From the NCBI GenBank assembly GCA_964468315.1, contig CAYXTA010000005.1, forward strand, positions 1 through 42,963: 42,963 bases of DNA, in the 5' to 3' direction. Every line of letters begins with the position of its first letter. Within the stretch, counting starts at the first letter, position 1. This document shows, one piece after another, positions 27,577 through 35,691 of the stretch. The DNA is from an uncultured Candidatus Saccharibacteria bacterium (GTDB lineage Bacteria; Patescibacteriota; Minisyncoccia; Phycocordibacterales; UBA9973). The translations under genes were made by a program, and so were the position numbers. A model generated the notes under the pieces. That model saw nothing but the letters and a program-made list of their open reading frames with translations, made no database searches and was not told where the DNA came from.

Positions 27577-28163
27577 TTATTTTTACTCAATCTGTGATTA
27601 AATATTTGGCTACTAAGAATAGCGACAAAAAGTATTCCTAAATAAATTAGTATAAATTGATTAAAATTTAAAGTAAATTTCCTAAGTGATCCAAGAATAA
27701 AAATAAAATACCAAGAACTAATTGAAATGGCACCAAAAGCAAAAGCAAAACTACGAAGCATATTATATTTATTTTCTCTTTGTGTATTTTCTTTAAATGA
27801 AATAAGGGGTAATTTTGGAGCAATAAAAACATTTAAAATAATTCCATTAATAAATAATACAGCAATTGCAATTATTTTTGTAAGAAATTTTACAGAATCA
27901 TTCAGACGAGCATTTTCAGGTAAATATAATGCAATACCAGAAATTATTAACATGAACAAAGCGATCCAAATAAGAGCAGAAATAGAATTCATTATATCTG
28001 CTTCTGATTTTGTAATTTTAAAATCTTTCAAGAACTTAAAAAACAAAAGATCTGTAACTGTAGCTCCCCCTACTCCAACAGCAGCAGATAGAAGATGTAT
28101 TATAACAATAATAGACTTATATTCTACAAAAAATGGTACCAAAGTTTCTTTAAATATATGCAT
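27573..28163 (-). CDS. Membrane protein, paralog of 16591-17031
   Basis: 4-5 TMs with shared motifs. Confidence 0.7.
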   Translation of the reverse strand: MHIFKETLVPFFVEYKSIIVIIHLLSAAVGVGGATVTDLLFFKFLKDFKITKSEADIMNSISALIWIALFMLIISGIALYLPENARLNDSVKFLTKIIAIAVLFINGIILNVFIAPKLPLISFKENTQRENKYNMLRSFAFAFGAISISSWYFIFILGSLRKFTLNFNQFILIYLGILFVAILSSQIFNHRLSKNK

Positions 28164-28168
28164 GTCAA

Positions 28169-28735
28169 TTATGAATTTTCTTTATTTAAAAAATGTCCTA
28201 CCAACACAAGGACTATTAGTACGAAGAATGCTGTCAGTGCAAGCATTGGAATTGAAATATATCCACCATATTCAGATACGAGTTGTTGATAACAAGAAAT
28301 ACCAGAAGCATCACAAGGTAGATTACCTGTTTCACCAAAATAATATCTAAAATTTTGATATACAGAAACAACAAAACCAACAGACAAAAGAGGAAGAACA
28401 TAACGAATTATTTTTTTATCTTTATTCCAAAAAGCTACACCAAAAATAAAAACCAATGGGTAAAGAAAAATTCTTTGATACCAACAAAGCATACATGGAG
28501 CGAAATTTATTACTTCTGAATATACGAGAGAGAAAAGTGAACCAGAAAGAGAAATTAGAAAACCAATGATTAGGAAATGCTTCTCTATGTATTGCAAAAA
28601 AGCATGTTTTTTATCAGTAAAGAAAAGTAAAAATAAAGCTACTATCGCAACTATTTGCAAAATAATAGCCCCTGCACCGAGAAACATATTTAGATAATGT
28701 ACTGTATCTGGATTCATATTACTCTGGAAGAACAC
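28169..28735 (-). CDS. Disulfide bond formation protein DsbB/BdbC family
   Basis: PCMLCWYQRIFLYPL plus a second Cys pair. Confidence 0.88.
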   Translation of the reverse strand: MFFQSNMNPDTVHYLNMFLGAGAIILQIVAIVALFLLFFTDKKHAFLQYIEKHFLIIGFLISLSGSLFSLVYSEVINFAPCMLCWYQRIFLYPLVFIFGVAFWNKDKKIIRYVLPLLSVGFVVSVYQNFRYYFGETGNLPCDASGISCYQQLVSEYGGYISIPMLALTAFFVLIVLVLVGHFLNKENS

Positions 28736-29111
28736 AAGAAGTTTTCTCTGCTAATTTTACTAGTGGTACTTCACCTGTTTCTTTTGAACCATCTGCGAAG
28801 ATCCATGTTGGGTAACTTTCAATTTTCTTTGCTATACATTCTGCAGTTTGAGAATTACCATCTGGAGTCGAACATTCTACATATGGAAGAAGTTTTACAG
28901 AAGATCCGAAAAGTTTCTTTTGAGCTTTACAATGAGGACACCAAAAAGCACCATAAAAAGTCGCACCCTTGTCTTTTAGACATTGAGCAAAACCATCGTA
29001 TTTATTTAAAGTTGATGGTGAATTAGCGGATTTTGAATCCATTACCACCATAGTAATACCTCCTAAAATGAGTAACCCTATAATTGAAAAAAATATTTTT
29101 ACATTTGTCAT
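28719..29111 (-). CDS. Membrane-anchored thioredoxin-fold protein
   Basis: YGAFWCPHC..QKKLFG, YVECS, YPTW; overlaps the dsbB start. Confidence 0.85.
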   Translation of the reverse strand: MTNVKIFFSIIGLLILGGITMVVMDSKSANSPSTLNKYDGFAQCLKDKGATFYGAFWCPHCKAQKKLFGSSVKLLPYVECSTPDGNSQTAECIAKKIESYPTWIFADGSKETGEVPLVKLAEKTSCVLPE

Positions 29112-29155
29112 ATATTTAATAATATCACAATAATGACCAAAAACAAGAAATAAAA

Positions 29156-29182
29156 AAGCCCTGCTACATCGTAGCAGGGCTT
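29156..29182 (-). terminator. Intrinsic terminator
   Basis: AAGCCCTGCTAC-atc-GTAGCAGGGCTT 12-bp stem. Confidence 0.8.
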
Positions 29183-29206
29183 AAAGTTGTGTTCTAAACA
29201 ACTATT

Positions 29207-30922
29207 TTAATTAACAATGAACTTACATCGCTGTAATGATTTGTCCGGTTCAATCGAGATAGCAATATAATAACCAGGTTTCAAAGAATTGAAATTTTCA
29301 ATAACTCTTCCTGATAAATCATAAATCGTTACTTCAGATTCATTTGTTGGTTTAGTTATAACCAGATTTTCTTGATTGTAATAAACTTTCAAAATTTGAA
29401 CTGGAACATCTAAATTTGATTCAGTAGCTGGTAAAGATTTCCTTACAGTTTCCTCAACCAAATTAGGGTCAGCAACAACACGATCAATAGCCGGAGTAAC
29501 AGGCGTTGGTACAGGTCCAAACACATGAGGTGTAGGAGGAGTGTATAGCTTAAATAACCATAATTCTGTTGTCGATTTAACAACACCATTAATAGTCACA
29601 GTGTGACCTACGCTCGTAACGTCTCCGTTTGCACTAGACTTTGTCTGACCAAAAACTACATAACCACCATCAGATGAAACAATAATACAAGTAGGAAGTT
29701 CAGCATCATTTCCACCGTAACATTTCTGCGCAGTAAGAACTCCATTTTTATTTACTTTTCCTACCCAGAAATCATTTGAAGTAGGATGGTAGTTACCACC
29801 TGCAACATTTGAATCATTTGAGTTTGTAATAGCATTAAAAACAAGACCACTATCAGGTGTAAGTGCCAATGAATAAATATTGTCATCTTTTGAACCACCA
29901 TATGGTTTTGCCCATATAACACTTCCTGAAGAAGTTATTTTGATAATCATACCATCATGAAGTCCACCTTTATATCCAGTAATACCACCTTTTGGATTTC
30001 CACAAACATAATAACCTCCTTCTAAGTTTGGTATTATACCCCAACCAAATTCTTGAGTCGTAGTTCCAAAAGATTTAGCCCAAGAAATTACATCATTTTT
30101 GGTCATTTTAACAGTAAAAATATCTCCACTGCCAACTGAGTTCGTAATATCTCCATTTGTTGAAGTTGTGTAACCATTTAATATGTAACCACTATCGCTA
30201 GTAGCAATAACACCTCTAAACTCATCAGTAAGAGAACCACCAATACATTTATATCCTATAAGGCTACCATTTTTACTATAATGAGCTACATAGCCATCTG
30301 ATTGACCTCCATGATACCCGGTAAGAGAAGTAGTGCTTGTTTGACCGCATACAATGTAAGATGAATCAAGTAATTGAGTAACAGATTGACCAGTAGCACA
30401 AGTTTCTGAGCTTGATCCAGGAAGACAAGTCTGCCAAATTATAGTTCCAGAAGAATCTGTTTTTACAATCCAAATATCATTACTACCATTGTAACCTGAC
30501 ACATCTCCATTATTCGATGTTGTTGTAACTGCGGAAAAAAAATATCCACCATCTTTTGTAACAATAATTGATTTACCATCATCATATCCTGTTCCACCAA
30601 GTAGTTTTGTCCACATAACATTACCTGTAGCATTATATTTTACAAGACCAACATCACTAGAAAGACTTGAACCAGATGCGTGATTTCCGCTAAAATCTCC
30701 ATTTTTTGAATTTATAGAACTAACAGCAATATAACCACCATCTGGTGTTTGTGCGAAACCTCCAGCAGCATCGTAATTGTCATTAGTAAATGGCCCACTA
30801 CAAGTATTACCACCTGAACTCTTATTCCATTGAAGATTAGGCATTTGTGCAAAAACTGTACTCGTTGTTCCATAAAGGAACGCACATAATAAAATGTGCA
30901 AAATAGATTTTTTTGTTTTCAT
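29207..30922 (-). CDS. Secreted repeat (beta-propeller-like) protein with T9SS-CTD-like end
   Basis: Signal peptide ending VFAQ; repeated W.K..GG...D....I..T.DGGY units; C-terminal IYDLSGR...L.PGYY...KF. Confidence 0.75.
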   Translation of the reverse strand: MKTKKSILHILLCAFLYGTTSTVFAQMPNLQWNKSSGGNTCSGPFTNDNYDAAGGFAQTPDGGYIAVSSINSKNGDFSGNHASGSSLSSDVGLVKYNATGNVMWTKLLGGTGYDDGKSIIVTKDGGYFFSAVTTTSNNGDVSGYNGSNDIWIVKTDSSGTIIWQTCLPGSSSETCATGQSVTQLLDSSYIVCGQTSTTSLTGYHGGQSDGYVAHYSKNGSLIGYKCIGGSLTDEFRGVIATSDSGYILNGYTTSTNGDITNSVGSGDIFTVKMTKNDVISWAKSFGTTTQEFGWGIIPNLEGGYYVCGNPKGGITGYKGGLHDGMIIKITSSGSVIWAKPYGGSKDDNIYSLALTPDSGLVFNAITNSNDSNVAGGNYHPTSNDFWVGKVNKNGVLTAQKCYGGNDAELPTCIIVSSDGGYVVFGQTKSSANGDVTSVGHTVTINGVVKSTTELWLFKLYTPPTPHVFGPVPTPVTPAIDRVVADPNLVEETVRKSLPATESNLDVPVQILKVYYNQENLVITKPTNESEVTIYDLSGRVIENFNSLKPGYYIAISIEPDKSLQRCKFIVN

Positions 30923-30996
30923 TGTTTTTTATTTTTTTATGTCAGAGAACATCCTCTTTCAAAAAGATAATAGCATATTTTAGAAATAAAAGCAAG

Positions 30997-33900
30997 TTAT
31001 AAATAGTTTAATATCTTTTTACTAATGGGTTTTGTACAATTAAGCAAATTAATTTTGCTACGAGTATATTGAGCTACTATTCCTGTTGTTTTTTTACCAT
31101 TAAATGGAGAAATGATATCTTTAAAATATTTTTGCTGAAAACGTTTTACTGCTTCAAAATCTTTTTTTTCATAAATACCATTCACAGCCAGCTTTTCTCC
31201 CTGAGAATCATTTAAAAAAGTTTCAAGTTTTTTAACATCATTAATATTATTTATCTTACCTAAAACGATACTTTTTTTTGTAGAAAAAATATTTGTACAA
31301 AGTGAAACATCTTGAATTTTTTCTACTGCAATTTCTTTTGCTTGAACAGGATAATAAGGACGCGACTTTCCATAAGAAGAACGATGAGAAGCTCCTGAAA
31401 CAGTTATTGGGGTTGTAATTGTAAAAGTTGTCACGCTTAAAAGATTACTTGTATTAGTAGCAGTATCAGTAACAATGATAGTACAATCACTATAAATTCC
31501 ATCAACGAGTGTATTAAAACTTATTGTATTATTTCCCACACTTGCTGAGGTTGTAACTGAAGAACAAGAACCTCCGTATGTTATAGTTCCTGCTTCATCT
31601 GTAGAAAAAACATAATCCGGTGTATGGTCCGTCGTTAGATTTGTAACAGGTGTAATTTCAGAAAGTGTTGGACTAGTAGTATCAACAACAAAAGTAGTAA
31701 CACTAAGTGGAGTACTTGCATTAAGTGCAGTATCAGTAACAGTAACAGTACAATTATTGTACGTTCCATCCGACAATGTATTAAACGTAATTGTATTACT
31801 ACCTACTGAAGCTGATGTTGTAGCTGAAGAACAAGAACCTCCATATGAAATATTTCCTGCTTCGTCTGTAGTAAATGTATAGTTTGGAGTACTATCATTT
31901 GTTGGAGTTGAGACTGGAGTAACTTCAGAAATAATTGGTGCAGTAATATCTGGTGCATAGGTTACAGTATTGTCCGTAGATGTCGCAGCAGTATTGTTGT
32001 TATTAGAAGGATCAGTTACTTTGTTTGCATCAAGAGAGGCAATAATAGTACCGCCTGACGTTGCAGTAACTGGGACAGTCCATGTAATATTATCTGAAGT
32101 TGTAGGAGTTCCCACTGTGGCAGTGCCTGTACCAGAAATTGTAATATCACCAGCTATAAATGTTGTTGGATCAATTGCTTCGCTAAATACTACAGTGAAA
32201 TTAATTGGGTTTGAGCCTGTTGGATCAGACTGTCCTACAGCTTGGTTGATAGTAGCAGTAGGCGCAGTTGTATCAGGTAAAGACACATCATAAATAGTTA
32301 TTCTATTATTATTTGTCACAAATAATTTAGTATTTGTAACATCATATGCCAAAGGTCCTGGTCCATTCATCCCCGCTTGTGTAACTGCTCCCGTACTTCC
32401 CGTAAAAGTCGTCTGTCCTAAGACATTTATTGCATTTTCTCCATCAGTGATGGAAGCGACGTCGTAGACGGTGACGCGGTTACTTGTTGATTGGGAAACA
32501 AACAATCTATTATTAGTAGCATCATAGACAATGTCTTGAGGAATATTCATTCCTCCTTGTGTAGTAGCTCCCGTACTTCCCGTAAAAGTCGTCTGTCCTA
32601 AGACATTTATTGCATTTTCTCCATCAGTGATGGAAGCGACGTCGTAGACGGTGACGCGGTTGGCGGAAGTTGCTTGGGCGACGAAAAGTCGGCTGTTGGT
32701 AGAATCATATGCAAGACCTTTTGGATTATTCATCCCCGCTTGTGTAACTGCTCCAGTACTTCCTGTAAAAGTTGTCTGTCCCAAGACATTGATTGCATTC
32801 TCTCCATCAGTGATGGAGGCGACGTCGTAGACGGTGACGCGGTTACTATTGGAAACAAAAAGTCGACTATTGGTGGAATCATAAGCAAGTGCTTGTGGGC
32901 TACTCATCCCCGATTGTGTTACGGCTGCACCACTTGCAGTAAAAGTATTCTGTCCCAAGACATTGATTGCATTTTCTCCATCAGTGATGGAGGCGACGTC
33001 GTAGACAGTGACACGGTTAGCTGCTGTTTGAGCAACAAAGAGTCTATTGTTTACAGAATCATATGCAAGACCGAAAATAGAACTTACGCCTGCTTGAGTT
33101 ACTGCTCCAGTATTTGAATTAAAATCTGTTTGACCTAAAACATTGTCAGGTGTCTTGTCTACAAGCTGATTGCTTGAATTAAGATTATAAACAAGAACGC
33201 GATTATTAGTAGAATCATTCACAAATAAACGGTGATTCGTAGAATCAATAATATTATTACCAACACCTGCACCACTCAGGCCGAGTAAACTCGGTGCATT
33301 ATTTGTCGCTGATTTTGTGTAATTTACTGTCGAGCCTGATAGATCGGAATATTGACCAATCAAATCTACCGCATTTTCTCCATCAGTGATGGAGGCGACG
33401 TCGTAGACGGTGACGCGGTGCGCTCCTGTTTGTGAAACAAATAAAAGACCATTTATATTGTCGTAAAGTAAACCAGTTGGTGTACTCATACCTCCCTGTG
33501 TCACCGCTGCAGTACTTCCCGTAAAAGTCGTCTGTCCTAAAACATTGATTGCATTCTCTCCATCAGTTATGGAAGCGACGTCGTAGACGGTGACACGATG
33601 ATTTCCTGACTGAGCAACAAAGAGTCTGTCATTAGTTGAATCATATGCAAGACCAGTAGGACTTTTCACTCCTGCCTGCGTTGTGGCTGCTGTATTTACC
33701 GTAAACGTCGTCTGTCCTAAAACATTGATTGCATTCTCTCCATCAGTTATGGAAGCGACGTCGTAGACGGTGACGCGGTTACCATTTGCAACAAATAACC
33801 TACTGTTAGCATTATCATATGCCATACCTTGTGGACCACCAGTAGCCATTCCTCCCTGCGTAACCGCTGCACTAGATCCCGTAAAAGTCGTCTGTCCTAA

Positions 33901-34614
33901 AACATTGATTGCATTTTCTCCATCAGTAATAGAGGCGACGTCGTAGACGGTGATGCGGTTTGAAGAAGATTGCGAAACAAAGAGTCTATTGTTTGTGGAG
34001 TCAAAAGCAAGACCGAAAATATTACCCATGCCTGCTTGAGTAACTGCTGAAGTAGATGTTGTAAACGTCGTCTGTCCCAAGACATTGATTGCATTCTCTC
34101 CATCAGTGATGGAGGCGACGTCGTAGACGGTGACGCGTCGAGCATTTGTATTTGCAACAAAAAGTCTATTGCCATTAGGATCATAAACAAGACTGGAAGG
34201 ACTAGACATACCTGCTTGAGTTATTGCTCCTGTAGTTGTAGAAAAAGTTGTTTGCCCTAAAACATTATCGGCTACTTTATCAACCAACTGATCACTTGAG
34301 TTTAAATTGTAAACAAGAACACGATTATTCGCAGAATCAGATACAAACAATCTGTGATGCACATGATCAATATCAGTACTAAAATTACCAGAGCCACTGA
34401 ATCCAAGTAAGTTTGGAGAATTATTTGAGCCTGACTTTGTATAAATTACGGTTGAACCTGCGGTGTCAGTATATTGTCCAATTAAGTCTGAAGCATTTTC
34501 TCCATCAGAAATTGCAGCAGACGTAGTTTGAGTAAAAGTAAAAAAAGCAACTACTAGAAAAGAATAGATAAGAAATGCCGATTTTTTATTTTTTTTATAA
34601 AAAAGTTTTTTCAT
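30997..34614 (-). CDS. Large surface protein: NHL repeats, Ig-like domains, C-terminal peptidoglycan-binding-like domain
   Basis: About 60-aa NHL-type repeats (GLAYD..N.RLFV....NRVTVYD), DTTAP Ig modules, AVKRFQ..Y...TG.V...TR tail. Likely start MKKLF at 34614. Confidence 0.85.
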   Translation of the reverse strand: MKKLFYKKNKKSAFLIYSFLVVAFFTFTQTTSAAISDGENASDLIGQYTDTAGSTVIYTKSGSNNSPNLLGFSGSGNFSTDIDHVHHRLFVSDSANNRVLVYNLNSSDQLVDKVADNVLGQTTFSTTTGAITQAGMSSPSSLVYDPNGNRLFVANTNARRVTVYDVASITDGENAINVLGQTTFTTSTSAVTQAGMGNIFGLAFDSTNNRLFVSQSSSNRITVYDVASITDGENAINVLGQTTFTGSSAAVTQGGMATGGPQGMAYDNANSRLFVANGNRVTVYDVASITDGENAINVLGQTTFTVNTAATTQAGVKSPTGLAYDSTNDRLFVAQSGNHRVTVYDVASITDGENAINVLGQTTFTGSTAAVTQGGMSTPTGLLYDNINGLLFVSQTGAHRVTVYDVASITDGENAVDLIGQYSDLSGSTVNYTKSATNNAPSLLGLSGAGVGNNIIDSTNHRLFVNDSTNNRVLVYNLNSSNQLVDKTPDNVLGQTDFNSNTGAVTQAGVSSIFGLAYDSVNNRLFVAQTAANRVTVYDVASITDGENAINVLGQNTFTASGAAVTQSGMSSPQALAYDSTNSRLFVSNSNRVTVYDVASITDGENAINVLGQTTFTGSTGAVTQAGMNNPKGLAYDSTNSRLFVAQATSANRVTVYDVASITDGENAINVLGQTTFTGSTGATTQGGMNIPQDIVYDATNNRLFVSQSTSNRVTVYDVASITDGENAINVLGQTTFTGSTGAVTQAGMNGPGPLAYDVTNTKLFVTNNNRITIYDVSLPDTTAPTATINQAVGQSDPTGSNPINFTVVFSEAIDPTTFIAGDITISGTGTATVGTPTTSDNITWTVPVTATSGGTIIASLDANKVTDPSNNNNTAATSTDNTVTYAPDITAPIISEVTPVSTPTNDSTPNYTFTTDEAGNISYGGSCSSATTSASVGSNTITFNTLSDGTYNNCTVTVTDTALNASTPLSVTTFVVDTTSPTLSEITPVTNLTTDHTPDYVFSTDEAGTITYGGSCSSVTTSASVGNNTISFNTLVDGIYSDCTIIVTDTATNTSNLLSVTTFTITTPITVSGASHRSSYGKSRPYYPVQAKEIAVEKIQDVSLCTNIFSTKKSIVLGKINNINDVKKLETFLNDSQGEKLAVNGIYEKKDFEAVKRFQQKYFKDIISPFNGKKTTGIVAQYTRSKINLLNCTKPISKKILNYL
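32387..34140. repeat. Intragenic coding repeats of about 180 bp (9 core copies)
   Basis: Core CCATCAGT(G/T/A)AT(G/A)GA(A/G)GCGACGTCGTAGAC(G/A)GTGA at 32441, 32621, 32804, 32978, 33380, 33560, 33740, 33920, 34100. Confidence 0.92.
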
Positions 34615-34663
34615 ATTAACGACGAATATTAATACATTATAACACAATAAACAGTACAAAAAA

Positions 34664-34689
34664 AACACCCTTACAATTGTAAGGGTGTT
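34664..34689 (-). terminator. Perfect 26-bp palindrome, likely a terminator
   Basis: AACACCCTTACAATTGTAAGGGTGTT, followed by a T-run on the minus strand. Confidence 0.75.
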
Positions 34690-34722
34690 AGTATAATTAC
34701 TTTTTAAATAATAAAAATTTAA

Positions 34723-35520
34723 CTATTTAAAGAGCTTATTTCTCTCGAGAATATTGCCTTCCTTGTCATAACTGACAAGGATATATATACCTGAACTGAG
34801 AGTATTCATGTCTACGACTTCCCGACCTTGGGTATCATAGAGGATCGTTTTGACGACTTGCTTGTCGTCAGTAAACTCGATTGCAATTGGTGGAAAAGTT
34901 TCATTATCACCATTATAATCGGTCTGACTGAGACGATAGTACGCAACACCGTGAAATGGATTATCATCAAAAAATGAGTAATTAAGTGTTTGGCTACTGT
35001 TTCCAGCGCCAGATACTTGACCAATTTCTTGGTAGTTGTATCCATCAATACTTTTTTCAATACTGAAATAGTTATTGTTGATTTCTGATGCTGTACTCCA
35101 AGTAATTTGCACTTTGTCTTTTGTTGGTTTGGCTTTGAAAGAAATTAATTCAATAGGCAAAGGCGGTGGCGGATCCATGAGTTTAACAATCCAAATATCA
35201 TTACTTCCAGCATTATGTTGAGCTGGATTACACCCAGGAACAGTAATATTAGAAAGAGTAGAAGTTTCAAAAATATAACCCTTGTCTCGCGTTTGAATAA
35301 TCCAAGGAATAGCTTCTGTGTTTGTTCCACCGTAACATTTTTGGTATTTAAGAACACCAGAACTGTCTAATTTTATTAACCAAACATCAGAGGAACCGCC
35401 ATTATAAGTAAAACCTCCATTTACCAAAAAATTTCCACCAGTCAAAGTGGAAGCAAAAACACTAAGTGGCATAATGCCAAATAAAATAAATAGAAATTTA
35501 ATAAAATAATTTTTACTCAT
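34723..35520 (-). CDS. Secreted protein: truncated propeller repeat + LPIEL..F Ig-like domain + T9SS-CTD-like end
   Basis: LPIELISFKA..ITWSTASEINNNYFSIEKSIDG..YYRLSQTDYNG; LYDTQGR..LSSGIYIL. Confidence 0.8.
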   Translation of the reverse strand: MSKNYFIKFLFILFGIMPLSVFASTLTGGNFLVNGGFTYNGGSSDVWLIKLDSSGVLKYQKCYGGTNTEAIPWIIQTRDKGYIFETSTLSNITVPGCNPAQHNAGSNDIWIVKLMDPPPPLPIELISFKAKPTKDKVQITWSTASEINNNYFSIEKSIDGYNYQEIGQVSGAGNSSQTLNYSFFDDNPFHGVAYYRLSQTDYNGDNETFPPIAIEFTDDKQVVKTILYDTQGREVVDMNTLSSGIYILVSYDKEGNILERNKLFK

Positions 35521-35617
35521 ATAAGAATATATTTATTATTGTATCACAAAATAGAGTTGAATAAATAGCCTTTTTGGGTTAATCTTACAGTGTAATAGTC
35601 TTAAAACAGTTTAATTT

Positions 35618-35691
35618 TGCCAGATCGTCTAATGGTAGGACACCTCCCTCTGGAGGAGGTTATCTTGGTTCGAGTCCAAGTCTGGCAGCCA
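35618..35691 (+). tRNA. tRNA-Gln (anticodon CTG), CCA encoded
   Basis: Acceptor TGCCAGA/TCTGGCA, D-arm GTC..GAC, anticodon stem CCTCC/GGAGG with loop CTCTGGA, T-arm CTTGG-TTCGAGT-CCAAG. Confidence 0.96.

Noticed and set aside
32387-34140. CRISPR array or DGR template/variable repeats
   Set aside because: The units are in-frame protein repeats with homologous intervening sequence. There are no cas genes, no reverse transcriptase and no adenine-specific mismatch pattern.
34615-34668. Longer start for the NHL protein (MFFLYC...)
   Set aside because: Overlaps the upstream terminator and promoter region; MKKLFYKK at 34614 gives a normal signal peptide.
15043-35595. Recurring TTACA/TGTAA dyads (15043, 34671, 35585, plus the ArsR repeats) as a shared regulon
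   Set aside because: Spacers differ (1, 2 and 10 nt), the motif is short and AT-rich, and one copy is a terminator stem; not supportable without statistics.
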